This document shows positions 48,934-58,654 of a stretch of 64,000 nucleotides of DNA, in pieces. Source of the stretch: a virus. Lineage: Duplodnaviria; Caudoviricetes. Positions within the stretch are counted from its first letter, which is position 1. Every line of letters begins with the position of its first letter. Where the stretch lies: positions 128,001 to 192,000 of IMG/VR virus record IMGVR_UViG_3300005512_000001. One strand, 5' to 3'. The translations under genes and the position numbers were made by a program. The notes below the pieces were generated by a model that worked only from the letters and a program-made list of their open reading frames with translations, did no database searches and was not told the origin of the DNA.

Positions 48934-49295
48934 AACGTTATTTTATATGCTTAGAATGTATAGAACGCTCGACCGGCAAATCAGCATATGATTTGCCGGT
49001 CGAGCAATTTAATGAGATTCGAGCTAAGTTAGCGTTTGAATCTGAAACGGCTGTATGCACTTGTTGTGGTAGTAAAAATTTGAAACCTGTGCTTGGCTTA
49101 GAGACTTCCTATGTAAGAGGATACGGTTTTGCCGATAAAAAGGGTGTCAAACGTGATATGGATATTCACGCTATGACCACTGATAGAGACCCTTATAAAG
49201 AGCATCGTCAGCTTGGCGAATCTAGAGAAGTGGTAACTAAATTGCAGCGAGACAGAGAGCATCATAAAAAGCCTAAGACTATTGGCATGGGCTAG
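48930..49295 (+). CDS. FmdB-like zinc-ribbon protein
   Basis: YFICLEC...CTCCGSKNL..YVRGYG. Confidence 0.55.
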   Translation: MKRYFICLECIERSTGKSAYDLPVEQFNEIRAKLAFESETAVCTCCGSKNLKPVLGLETSYVRGYGFADKKGVKRDMDIHAMTTDRDPYKEHRQLGESREVVTKLQRDREHHKKPKTIGMG

Positions 49296-49311
49296 TAGTA
49301 TTGTAAATAAC

Positions 49312-50478
49312 ATGCTATATGTCTATACGTTATTCGATGAACGACGAGATTCATATCCATTAATGTCGGCCATTTATGATGGCGAACTTAGTAAGCTAGA
49401 ATTTTTCACATTTTATTTGCCAGGCACCAAGAAATCGATTTACGATATAGAAGCTACCTGTGATCGATTTTCTAAAATCATATCAAATAATAATGTGATG
49501 CTCAATGATTTCAAGCAGCATTGCGTTGCATTCGCACCGAAGCCCAATTGCAAGGTGTTTGATGTCGACCTCCCGACTTTCACGCCGAAGGATATAAAAT
49601 CGTGTCGTAAGAATATAGCTACTATTATAAATAAAATGAAGCTGATAAAACCACGATACTGGCATCTAGTGCGTGCTATGGCTTCTGAGGTATATGGGCA
49701 TCTACAAACACGTGGGGCTATGTACTCGTACCAATTGAGACACTCAATTTGGGGCCGGGTTTATTCTGGTAGGAGCAAGACTAGTGGGTTTAATATACAA
49801 GGTCTTGGAGAATGCTATTTATCTAATATTAATGGCGATGACATACTTATAAACTTCGACTGGATTGCTGCTGATATGAGAGCAATTGCAATCATGAGTG
49901 GCGATAAGAAGTTAAATATGTCTTTCGATGAGAGTGACCCATATATAGTATTGTTAAACCATTTGAATTCAGGGGTTCAAAACGACAAACTGCGCAGGGA
50001 TGAAGCTAAGAGATTAATGTTCTCATCTATCTATTCTTTCGATGATGATAATCCAGCATTGGATTTTTATAATGGTTTTAGGTCTTGGATACAGGTATGC
50101 CGCAATAGATTAAGAGAAGATAAATATCTCAAGAGCATACTAGGCAGACGATTCTATGTTGGTAGGGGTCGCACTGAACGCTCTGCGTTTAATGCGATGG
50201 TACAGGGCTCAGTTGCTAATGCTATGCAGATATGTATTAGAAAAGTATGGGAATTGTTTCCAGATAGCATATTGACAGAAAACCATGACTCATTAGTAGT
50301 GACATCCAAGAAATCTGATTTAGCCTTCAAATTGCATGAGGTTGCCAAAATAATGACACAACCATTTTGTGGTATTATAAAAAGTAACCCGCAATTTCCG
50401 ATTAAAATTAGCATCGGACGTAAATATAAAGGCTGGAAGGAATATAAAAGATATGACAACTGTGGGCAGGTCAAATAA
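49312..50478 (+). CDS. family A DNA polymerase catalytic domain without exonuclease domains
   Basis: SGRS, motif A NFDWIAADMR..SGD, motif B RDEAKRLMFSSIY, SILGRR, AFNAMVQGSVA, motif C NHDSL. Confidence 0.75.
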   Translation: MLYVYTLFDERRDSYPLMSAIYDGELSKLEFFTFYLPGTKKSIYDIEATCDRFSKIISNNNVMLNDFKQHCVAFAPKPNCKVFDVDLPTFTPKDIKSCRKNIATIINKMKLIKPRYWHLVRAMASEVYGHLQTRGAMYSYQLRHSIWGRVYSGRSKTSGFNIQGLGECYLSNINGDDILINFDWIAADMRAIAIMSGDKKLNMSFDESDPYIVLLNHLNSGVQNDKLRRDEAKRLMFSSIYSFDDDNPALDFYNGFRSWIQVCRNRLREDKYLKSILGRRFYVGRGRTERSAFNAMVQGSVANAMQICIRKVWELFPDSILTENHDSLVVTSKKSDLAFKLHEVAKIMTQPFCGIIKSNPQFPIKISIGRKYKGWKEYKRYDNCGQVK

Positions 50479-50674
50479 AAAACGCAAACATGAACTTAAG
50501 CGTAAGGCGCATAGAACTGTGGTGCGTAAAGCAAGATTGGCCAAGAAGATAAAAGATTCTAAACCTAAGATGAGCGATAAAATGGGTGTTGCTCATTCTA
50601 CAGCTACTAACGCGGGCACCACAAAAATCGCTGAAGGCATTGATAAGGCAGCATGGGGTATACAAAATGGCTAA
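50453..50674 (+). CDS. small basic hypothetical protein
   Basis: K/R-rich coupled ORF. Confidence 0.5.
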   Translation: MTTVGRSNKKRKHELKRKAHRTVVRKARLAKKIKDSKPKMSDKMGVAHSTATNAGTTKIAEGIDKAAWGIQNG

Positions 50675-51167
50675 ACGTCGCAAACAACCAAAATGGTTTG
50701 ATGAATATGTGCCAAGCGAAGTTGCGAATAGTACGCTATTTAAATTTAAAATAAAGATTGGGCCAAGTCAGGTTATCGAAGTTGATATGCGGTCTGACCT
50801 AGAAGTAGATTATAAGATTGTGCAGGACCAATTAGAAGATACACCATCTGAATTCGCTTACTGGGCTGCTATTTATAGCGAATTAAAATTGCAGGTCAAT
50901 AAACTAGAACGCCAGATTAAAGCCAAACGCGGTAAATTAATTGATAAGGCTGTGAAAGAAGCAGCTCAGGCAAATGTAAGGTTGACGGACAAGCAAGTAC
51001 AAGCAATAATAGAAGCAGACAAAGAATTAAATGTGCTAGAAGCGAAATTGATGTTAATGAATAAGCATTGTGGCAAGATGTATTTTATGGTTGAAGCGAT
51101 AAGAATGAAGTCAGACAATCTAAGGTCATTAGCTGGATTTGCACGTATAGAAATGAGCAGCAGCTAA
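50667..51167 (+). CDS. UvsY-like recombination mediator
   Basis: Helical: YWAAIYSE...LTDKQVQAIIEAD..L...VEAIRMKSDNLR; lies between recA/helicase and SSB genes. Confidence 0.6.
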   Translation: MAKRRKQPKWFDEYVPSEVANSTLFKFKIKIGPSQVIEVDMRSDLEVDYKIVQDQLEDTPSEFAYWAAIYSELKLQVNKLERQIKAKRGKLIDKAVKEAAQANVRLTDKQVQAIIEADKELNVLEAKLMLMNKHCGKMYFMVEAIRMKSDNLRSLAGFARIEMSSS

Positions 51168-51181
51168 ATCAAACATAAAAT

Positions 51182-52561
51182 ATGAAGAATAATGATGTGA
51201 TAGACGCAAAATGTAGTGTTTGCAACACCATTTCCAAAATAAAATGCGAATCATATAAGCGGACCCTAAAGCGTAGCGGTAAATATCGATGTTTATCTTG
51301 CGCAACTTCACAGGCTCTCAAAAAATCACCACGCAATACAGATAAGCTGATTGGATGGTCCAAGAGCGATGCAGGGCGAGCTGCAGCATCGCGTGTACTA
51401 AAGCAGAGGTGGGAGGATAACTACGACGAACTTTTGGGGTATATTAATGCTAATTGGAAAAACCAAGAGACTATCAACAAGCAAAAAGAAATACATGAAT
51501 TTTCCAATCGCCCTGACCTCCGTGTAAAATTTAGGAAGATATGGGCGTCAAAAGAATATCGGGAAGCTGTTAGTGATGGTGTTCGAAGATTGTGGGAAAA
51601 CCCAAAATATAGAGAAAAAATGGCTGCGTCTAGGATTAGGTATAGAGGCATTGTATCTAATATCCAGAAAATATTGTATTCATTGCTTGATGACTTGGGG
51701 ATAAAGTATTATAGAGAATATAATGGGCATAGTGATCCACAATGTAAAATCGGACCATGGACTTTTGATTGTGTAGTCCCGAGAAGCAATAAACCAGACC
51801 TATTAATAGAGTGCCAAGGCGATTATTGGCATTCTCTGTCAGAAAATATGCAGCGTGACCGGCAAAAGGCATCATATATCTCAAATAATTTGAGTGGTCG
51901 ATATGAATTGAAGTATATTTGGGAACATGAATTTTATGCGAAAGACCGAATACGAATGCTTTTGGCGTATTGGGTTGGTTTGAAGCGACATGATATTATT
52001 GACTTCAATTTTAAAGATGTTGCTATTAGAAAATGCGTAGCTAAAGATTATAAATTGTTGTTGTCTAAATACCACTATCTTGCGAATGCTGGGAGAGGAG
52101 GGATTGCTTATGGGGCATATGTGGGAGATAGACTTGCCTCTATATGTGTTTTCTCACCACTACCTAGACAGAATATTGCTAAATCACTAGGCTGTTTAGA
52201 TAAAGAGGTGCGTGATTTATCTAGATTATGTATTCACCCTAATTATCAAAAGAAAAATTTTGCTTCTTGGTTTGTGAGCCGATGTATAAAACTACTCCCA
52301 CCACAATATGCAATAGTCATCGCATATTGTGATACTACATTTGGGCATAACGGGGTTGTCTATGAAGCGTCTAATTTTAAATTAGATAAAGAAATTAGAC
52401 CCGATTATTGGTACACAAAGCCAGATGGATGGATAATGCATAAAAAGACGTTGTATGATCGTGCTGTGAAAATGGGGATTAAAGAAAGGGAATTTGCTGA
52501 ATTGCATGGATATATTAAAGTAAAGGGTGATAAGAAATATAGATATGTTTTTAAAAGATAA
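51182..52561 (+). CDS. DUF559/Vsr-like endonuclease fused to Mom/Hef-like GNAT-fold domain (copy 1)
   Basis: NUMOD-like W-x-x-P-x-Y-R helical repeats; WTFDC...IECQGDYWH...RD..K...YIWEHE; KYHYL...DLSRLC...AYCDTTFGHNGVVYEASNF...PDYWY. Confidence 0.75.
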   Translation: MKNNDVIDAKCSVCNTISKIKCESYKRTLKRSGKYRCLSCATSQALKKSPRNTDKLIGWSKSDAGRAAASRVLKQRWEDNYDELLGYINANWKNQETINKQKEIHEFSNRPDLRVKFRKIWASKEYREAVSDGVRRLWENPKYREKMAASRIRYRGIVSNIQKILYSLLDDLGIKYYREYNGHSDPQCKIGPWTFDCVVPRSNKPDLLIECQGDYWHSLSENMQRDRQKASYISNNLSGRYELKYIWEHEFYAKDRIRMLLAYWVGLKRHDIIDFNFKDVAIRKCVAKDYKLLLSKYHYLANAGRGGIAYGAYVGDRLASICVFSPLPRQNIAKSLGCLDKEVRDLSRLCIHPNYQKKNFASWFVSRCIKLLPPQYAIVIAYCDTTFGHNGVVYEASNFKLDKEIRPDYWYTKPDGWIMHKKTLYDRAVKMGIKEREFAELHGYIKVKGDKKYRYVFKR

Positions 52562-52632
52562 CAATAATTTGATGTATTTGAAACTCAGCAGCTAATGAGT
52601 GTCAAAAAGCTCAAAGCAGAAAGGAAAATGAA

Positions 52633-53712
52633 ATGAGCAAGTATGATGTAGCAAAAGTACGCAAGAAGTTGCAGGAAAAGCAGGGTAGTCGGTTTAAGGA
52701 CCCCAATGAGTTCAAGCCGCCCCAAGCATCTGATGGGGACACGATCAAGTATCGTTTCTATGTTCTACCGCCACTTAAGAAGGGCGATGTTTGTGCTGAT
52801 GGCACGGCTAGTAGAACCATGGAATTATTCTATGTTCAGAACGGTGCTCATTGGTTGAATAACCGGACGCATGCATGTCCACGTGTGCATGATGAGGAAG
52901 AATGCCCGATTTGTTCGTTGGGGTTCGACCTAATGGGAGAGACTGACGACAAAGACCGTCGTCGTGATATTGCCAGGCAGTGGCTCCCACGCACCCAGTA
53001 CGCCGTAAATGTTTACTTCCCGAAGGATAAGGTTAATCCTGAAGAAGTTGGCGGGAAGGTTATGTGGATGAATGCGTCTAAGCAGCTTTATGACGCATGG
53101 GAAGCATGCATCATGAATGATGATGCTGGCGATCCAGATGACCCGCAAGCATTTGGCGTCTTTTTTGATGAGGAAGATGGATATCTCTTCCAACTCCAAA
53201 TCAAGAAGAAAAATAAATGGAATGATTATAGTACCTCTAAATTCCTTGCTAGCGTTGGAAAGCGTCCAATTGCAAGCAAGGGAGGCAAGCCACTGCCAGA
53301 ACGCATTGAGACTATTTTGAGCCAGCGGCACGATTTGTATACTAAGTTCCAGCCTAGGGACCCAGAGGCTCTGCAGAAGATGCGTACTGTGTTTGAGAGC
53401 GGCGAGCCTGAAGATGACAATGGTTTTGACGAGGACGACACCTCCTCTGCGAGTAAGGTTGCAGACGCTACGACGACAACTGCAACTACGAAACCTGCTA
53501 ATGAGCCTGAAGCAGTTGTTGCAGAAGAAGCCATCTCTGACGCCACTACACCTAAGACAGTCGTGGATGATGCTGTTGATGATGCTGTTGATGATGTTGA
53601 TGACGATGCCGGTGACGATGTTGTTGATGGTGACGATGCCGGTGACGATGCCGGTGATGTTGTTGAAGATGTTGAATTACAAAGTTTGCTCGAGCAGATT
53701 GAAGAAGAGTAG
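52633..53712 (+). CDS. single-stranded DNA-binding protein, T4 gp32-like
   Basis: RFYVLPP, HW...CP...CPIC, YAVNVY, DYSTSKF; long acidic tail; AAGGA RBS. Confidence 0.8.
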   Translation: MSKYDVAKVRKKLQEKQGSRFKDPNEFKPPQASDGDTIKYRFYVLPPLKKGDVCADGTASRTMELFYVQNGAHWLNNRTHACPRVHDEEECPICSLGFDLMGETDDKDRRRDIARQWLPRTQYAVNVYFPKDKVNPEEVGGKVMWMNASKQLYDAWEACIMNDDAGDPDDPQAFGVFFDEEDGYLFQLQIKKKNKWNDYSTSKFLASVGKRPIASKGGKPLPERIETILSQRHDLYTKFQPRDPEALQKMRTVFESGEPEDDNGFDEDDTSSASKVADATTTTATTKPANEPEAVVAEEAISDATTPKTVVDDAVDDAVDDVDDDAGDDVVDGDDAGDDAGDVVEDVELQSLLEQIEEE

Positions 53713-53719
53713 ACAAAAA

Positions 53720-53763
53720 CAGATACACACTGGGGCACCAATTGGTGCCCCAGTGTGTATCTG
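53720..53763. repeat. perfect 44-bp palindrome
   Basis: cagatacacactggggcaccaa|ttggtgccccagtgtgtatctg with no spacer. Confidence 0.9.
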
Positions 53764-53774
53764 GGGGATTTAAG

Positions 53775-54635
53775 ATGGAAAACATATTGTTGATTGATGG
53801 CAAAAACACTGCTTACAGGGCGCTGTTTGCTTCACGTGGGAATAGAGAATTCAGGACTAAGGGTTATCATCCATTCACAACGTGGGTGAAGCTGTCTCAT
53901 GTATGGTTGGAAAAATTTAAGCCGTCGTCTGCTCATGTTTTCTGGGATTGTCCAAAAAATGAGGTATGGCGCAAGAAGCTACTGTCTGAATATAAAGACC
54001 ATAGAGATGCTATGCCACATTATGATAATGACGTGCAGGAGCAATTACATAAGTTAATCGATGCTGCCAGTGCGATATTGTCGCATATGGGCGTCAGGCA
54101 ATATACCCGGCCGGGACAGGAAGCTGATGATTTGATTTACTCAGCATGCCGACTTTTGACGCCGACAAAATCAGATACGCGTAAATTAATAGTAATATCG
54201 AGTGATTCAGATTTCGCACAATTGCAATGGTATATGCCATATGTTTCAGTTTACGACCCACGGAAAAACAAATTTATTGACTCGCCAGAATGTAATCCCG
54301 CAGTACAAAAAGCTCTGTGTGGCGATCGAGCTGATAATATAGATGGGTTTAGAGGTATAGGGCCAGTTAAGAGCAATCAAATAGCTTCAGACCCTAAAAA
54401 ACTAATTGAATTCCTGGATTTGTCGGATGCGCGTAAATTTAAACGCAATTTAGCTTTAATAGACTTATCAATGAATCCATCAAGGTTAAATAATGAATTA
54501 TATATGTTACGAGTGTTATCTAATGATGCGGAATTTGACAAAGCTGCTATCAACCAATTGAGCATCGACCATAAAATTAGAGGTTTAATGTCTGAATACC
54601 CTAACATATCATTAGAATATAAACGGTTAAAGTAA
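53775..54635 (+). CDS. 5'-3' exonuclease / T4 RNase H (FEN family)
   Basis: LLIDGKN..YRA, WR..L.SEYK..R, EADDLI, ISSDSDF.QL, GDRADNIDG..GIG. Confidence 0.9.
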   Translation: MENILLIDGKNTAYRALFASRGNREFRTKGYHPFTTWVKLSHVWLEKFKPSSAHVFWDCPKNEVWRKKLLSEYKDHRDAMPHYDNDVQEQLHKLIDAASAILSHMGVRQYTRPGQEADDLIYSACRLLTPTKSDTRKLIVISSDSDFAQLQWYMPYVSVYDPRKNKFIDSPECNPAVQKALCGDRADNIDGFRGIGPVKSNQIASDPKKLIEFLDLSDARKFKRNLALIDLSMNPSRLNNELYMLRVLSNDAEFDKAAINQLSIDHKIRGLMSEYPNISLEYKRLK

Positions 54636-55052
54636 ATCTTTATTCTCTTTTAATAAATTAGATAATTCAATATGTTTTTCCATAAAGTTTGTTGATTGCT
54701 CTGTAATAACATCCCAATTGCTAAATTGTGACATCAACCACTCCCATTGTTCTGGATTTTTTTGTTGCAGCAACCATGCCAATCCAAATGCGCCTTTGTG
54801 GCCAGACACCTTACGCCCCCACTTGTGATGTGCTGGGCACAATGAGACGCCATTGAGTGGTTCATGTCTTAGTTGCAAAACCCATCTATCTATAATATGG
54901 TGTGCTTGTAAATTTTGGTCTGTGCCGCAGACAAAGCAGTTATTCCGTCTTATTAATAAAGACCAAGATTTGTCTGCCTTATTCCGCCAATACTTGGAAT
55001 TGGGGTTTGCTTTAGCCTTAGCCAATTTACTTATTTTTTTCTTTTTTGCCAT
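54627..55052 (-). CDS. HNH nuclease (NinG-like)
   Basis: CFVCG...LQAHH...NGVSLCPAHH. Confidence 0.75.
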   Translation of the reverse strand: MAKKKKISKLAKAKANPNSKYWRNKADKSWSLLIRRNNCFVCGTDQNLQAHHIIDRWVLQLRHEPLNGVSLCPAHHKWGRKVSGHKGAFGLAWLLQQKNPEQWEWLMSQFSNWDVITEQSTNFMEKHIELSNLLKENKDLL

Positions 55053-55187
55053 ATTATTATTTACATATTGTAAGTATTCAGCAAACAAATGCGATATGTG
55101 CGTTTGAGTAAATAAATTGCAGCCGAATCCATCAATATTTCGGTGGAAAGATATATAAATGGTTGCTTATTATATGAGGTTTAAATC

Positions 55188-55475
55188 ATGGGATGCGGTT
55201 GTAGAAAAAAACGTAGTAGTGCTACGGCACGTACTAGAAATGTTGTGAAATCTAAACCAGCTAAAGCCCGCACTATAGCACAACGCAAGGCTACGCGTGC
55301 GGTTTCCAATATTGGGAAACGTGTTGGGAATATTAGAAGCATAGCTATGGATGCGAAAGCTGGCTTACGATGCCCTATTTGCAAGGCCACTATGAAACGT
55401 GTCTCTAGGTCTGGACATGGAGACTTGTTGCAATGTGTCAATCCTAACTGCCGGCATATTAGTAAAAGGAAGTGA
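55188..55475 (+). CDS. basic zinc-ribbon protein
   Basis: MGCGC start, K/R-rich, CPIC..CVNPNC; GAGG RBS. Confidence 0.6.
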   Translation: MGCGCRKKRSSATARTRNVVKSKPAKARTIAQRKATRAVSNIGKRVGNIRSIAMDAKAGLRCPICKATMKRVSRSGHGDLLQCVNPNCRHISKRK

Positions 55476-55879
55476 TAATGAAGATTAATGCGGACCAGAT
55501 TGTAACAGTTAATACATTGAGTGATATCAAAAGTGCTATTCAAGAATTTTTACCGAGCAGTACGACCGCGCCAGAGGTTCATTCGACTATTAAAGCAGAG
55601 GGCAAGACTTACAAATTGTCTGCGCCGACATCATGTGGTTATAGAGATATGCTGATTGAGGGTTTTGGTATAGTCAAGAAAAGATTGGAAGCTAAGAACC
55701 CATCCCAAAACGCTGAACTGGGAATAGACCCGGTAAGTGTTGATGGGCATATGTGGCTTGACGAACTTATTGGCAGAAGATTAGGTGGCAAACGAGATGG
55801 TGTGAGAGTCAGATGGGATGTCGTAGAAGGCACATTTTATTTTGACCCGTTTTCAGGAAAGCTGACTAAATGTTCATAA
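55472..55879 (+). CDS. hypothetical protein
   Basis: Coupled ORF. Confidence 0.6.
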   Translation: MIMKINADQIVTVNTLSDIKSAIQEFLPSSTTAPEVHSTIKAEGKTYKLSAPTSCGYRDMLIEGFGIVKKRLEAKNPSQNAELGIDPVSVDGHMWLDELIGRRLGGKRDGVRVRWDVVEGTFYFDPFSGKLTKCS

Positions 55880-56061
55880 CAGACACTATAATCCTAGCAT
55901 TATTTATTACCGGGTTGTGGTCGTTAATCTCAATATTAGTTAAGATACATATGACTTGGCAATACGCTTTGCGGTTTATATTGCCGATGTCCTTTTTTGT
56001 GGCTTTAGGAATGATATATTTCGGGATAATGCAATGGATAGGAAAGTTGATGCTGAGTTAA
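55870..56061 (+). CDS. small membrane protein
   Basis: Two hydrophobic helices. Confidence 0.55.
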   Translation: MFITDTIILALFITGLWSLISILVKIHMTWQYALRFILPMSFFVALGMIYFGIMQWIGKLMLS

Positions 56062-56348
56062 TTCGGTATCGCAGCATGCGAGAATGGGTTCCAGCTGTTG
56101 GGGATGTCATTATCAAGCATGGATGGATATTTAGAACAAAATGGTTTGGTGTGATAAATTTTGTTCGGCCAGATGGCACGTTGGATATTATAAAGGATGG
56201 AATGTTGAGATTGCTAGTCACGACAGCGCCAGATTCTGTTCGCAAGAAGGCAATAACTATAGTTCCAGATGTTATACGAGCTGCTGCTGCTGGTAGTTAT
56301 GCTGTAATGCAATATGACCCTAATAATTCGGTGGTGTGGTATGTTTGA
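56034..56348 (+). CDS. hypothetical protein
   Basis: Coupled ORF. Confidence 0.55.
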   Translation: MDRKVDAELIRYRSMREWVPAVGDVIIKHGWIFRTKWFGVINFVRPDGTLDIIKDGMLRLLVTTAPDSVRKKAITIVPDVIRAAAAGSYAVMQYDPNNSVVWYV

Positions 56349-56874
56349 AGTCCCATCATTATTGCCGTACCCAGTGATTCGCGACCTGAATGAATGCCCG
56401 GAAATTCATGGCATATTTTGTTATATCATAGATAAATATGCTCCTGGTATATCTGCAGTTATTAAATTAGATGCTAATGATGCTGGGATTATTGTTGGAA
56501 ATTGGGATGGTGAAAATGCAAGCCCTAAAAATAAAGATGAATGGGAGAAGGTTGAGCATTTTTTAAATCATACAGCATATGATTTAATTAAAATTATGAG
56601 GCATATACGTTTACAGCAAGCAGAATTCTTCATTTCTGATAATGGTCGTCTCGTTGATGTCCAATTGTCGTTGAATAAATTTATTGGCCCTGGGATGTTA
56701 AAAGATTTATTCGCCCCGGTAGTGAATATACAAAATTCAACAGAACTAGCTGTTTTAGACCCCGATAAAATTGCTGAACTTAATAACGGTGAAAGGCGAT
56801 TTATTTTAAAGCCCAGTAAAAGCAGGCATTATATGCATGATAACAAAGTATTGCCACTCTATGCGTGTATTTGA
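56341..56874 (+). CDS. hypothetical protein
   Basis: Coupled ORF. Confidence 0.55.
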   Translation: MFEVPSLLPYPVIRDLNECPEIHGIFCYIIDKYAPGISAVIKLDANDAGIIVGNWDGENASPKNKDEWEKVEHFLNHTAYDLIKIMRHIRLQQAEFFISDNGRLVDVQLSLNKFIGPGMLKDLFAPVVNIQNSTELAVLDPDKIAELNNGERRFILKPSKSRHYMHDNKVLPLYACI

Positions 56875-57422
56875 TAGATATGTTTATTATACTTGTAGGA
56901 TATCCTGGGGCTGGTAAATCGACATTTGCTGACCTAATTAAATCTAATGATGAGTCGGTCGATATTATGAGGCCAAGCGATTGGTACCCAAATAATATCG
57001 AAGAGATGCCAAGCAAAGCACAGATGGACTATAAAATAGCGTGTTGGGAGCATGCTATAGATAAAACATCTAACTGGTTGGGATCGAATTCACCGAGTAG
57101 CGTTGTTATCTTGGACACATGTGGGGCATCTGCTAAATCACTTACAACACTATTCGCTATGGCCGCATTGCATAAGCATAAGACCATATGTATGATTGTG
57201 CATACGCCGATGTCAATATGTGCATCGAGGTCTGACCCTGGCGTGGTTCAAAAATATACTAATAAATTAAAAGTCGCAATCCCAGAGTATAAAGAAAAAT
57301 GTGATGAGATTATCGTGGTTCGTTATGACTCGCTAGATAAATGGCAAGAATTAAGCAACGAATTATGCCGAAAAATATTAGCACCACAAAACAACCAAAA
57401 GCCAGCTGGCACGAACCAATAA
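56865..57422 (+). CDS. P-loop kinase (AAA_33 / polynucleotide-kinase-like)
   Basis: ILVGYPGAGKSTFA, VILDT, TP..IC..R. Confidence 0.75.
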   Translation: MYLIDMFIILVGYPGAGKSTFADLIKSNDESVDIMRPSDWYPNNIEEMPSKAQMDYKIACWEHAIDKTSNWLGSNSPSSVVILDTCGASAKSLTTLFAMAALHKHKTICMIVHTPMSICASRSDPGVVQKYTNKLKVAIPEYKEKCDEIIVVRYDSLDKWQELSNELCRKILAPQNNQKPAGTNQ

Positions 57423-58243
57423 TCGGCAAATATTGCGTTGTGACTGGATGCGATTCAAACCATGATTGGATATTGGAATGGTGGTACAATCACTATAAAC
57501 AAGACAATAAGTATCCATTGTACTTTGCTGATTTTGGGATGAGTCTAGAAGCACGCAAGTGGTGTGCCGAAAGAGGTCAATTAATTGACCTTCGGTTCAA
57601 GCATCGTCGTAAGAATTGGTTTAAAAAGCCATTGGCGATATTGGCTTGCCAATATCAGAAGATATTGTGGGTTGATAGCGATTGTGAAGTTCGCGGTGAC
57701 TTATTGCCACTACTTGAGTTTGCCGACCAAGGTGTGGGCCTCACTCTTGACCCACATAATCCGTGGATTAAGACTGATAATTGCGTTGCGAGCGGTGTTG
57801 TATCAGTATCGCATAGCAATAAACTTATGATAGATTGGGCTAGAGACTGTTTAGCTGCTAATAGGATACGTGGTGACCAAGAAGTTTTAAACCGGCTGAT
57901 ACAAGAGCGAAATCGTAACATAGTTATTATGCCACCGGAATACCAGTGGCTTCGTATTGATGGCGACAATCCAGATGCATTGATAATGCATTGGACTGGT
58001 GTAAGAGGTAAGGATTATATACGAAGAAGCATTGGACTACAACCAACATTTTATAGACAACGTGTTACAACACCTAGAACACGGAGACGCAATCTTAAGG
58101 CTGGTGCTGGAAGAAGCGGTCGCGATGTGGCGAGGGCGCTGTCGCTGAGTACCAAAATCAACAGAAAGCGAGTAAGGCCATTAAAATCGAAGCCAAAGCC
58201 AATTATAGAAGGCAAAATCTCGCTACATAAGCCGAAGCGTTAA
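57341..58243 (+). CDS. GT-A glycosyltransferase (GT8/GT77-like) with basic C-terminal tail
   Basis: FADFG, WFKKP, LWVDSDC, GDQEVLN, IMHWTG. Confidence 0.75.
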   Translation: MARIKQRIMPKNISTTKQPKASWHEPIIGKYCVVTGCDSNHDWILEWWYNHYKQDNKYPLYFADFGMSLEARKWCAERGQLIDLRFKHRRKNWFKKPLAILACQYQKILWVDSDCEVRGDLLPLLEFADQGVGLTLDPHNPWIKTDNCVASGVVSVSHSNKLMIDWARDCLAANRIRGDQEVLNRLIQERNRNIVIMPPEYQWLRIDGDNPDALIMHWTGVRGKDYIRRSIGLQPTFYRQRVTTPRTRRRNLKAGAGRSGRDVARALSLSTKINRKRVRPLKSKPKPIIEGKISLHKPKR

Positions 58244-58272
58244 AGTGTTGCATCAGCTCGGCTATCTCACAT

Positions 58273-58614
58273 TCATATCTCATTCCATTCACCTTCACCT
58301 GGCGGTGGGCGGTCGTTATTTGGAACTGTAGAATTATTTGATTGCAGGTCTTTTAAGTCTTCTACAGCATCATCGATATTACAGCACGCGATAGTTTCGG
58401 TAAGCTCCAGCCATTCTTGTACACCAAATTTCCCGCCAGCTAGTCTAGCTCCGCCCGTTTTAGCTGTTAGTGATGATATAGCTATATTTGGATTTTCTGT
58501 GACCGCATCATTGAGTGACACTGCGGACTTATTTTTCTCTAGGTTGTTTGGTAGCTGCACGAAGCCGTTAATTATTGGTAACTGTCGTGTTATAGTGATT
58601 GTTTCGAATGACAT
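58273..58614 (-). CDS. hypothetical protein
   Basis: GAGGA RBS; 113 aa. Confidence 0.6.
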   Translation of the reverse strand: MSFETITITRQLPIINGFVQLPNNLEKNKSAVSLNDAVTENPNIAISSLTAKTGGARLAGGKFGVQEWLELTETIACCNIDDAVEDLKDLQSNNSTVPNNDRPPPGEGEWNEI

Positions 58615-58654
58615 AATTAATCCTCTTTATACTATTTTTGCTAGTAGATAATAT

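Noticed and set aside
53226-53809. alternative-frame ORFs (Ser-, His/Gln-, Met-rich) over ssb
   Set aside because: Shadows of the repetitive acidic SSB tail
56865-57422. dZMP/guanylate kinase completing the Z pathway
   Set aside because: Looks like an AAA_33/polynucleotide-kinase-type P-loop, not Gmk; no specific support
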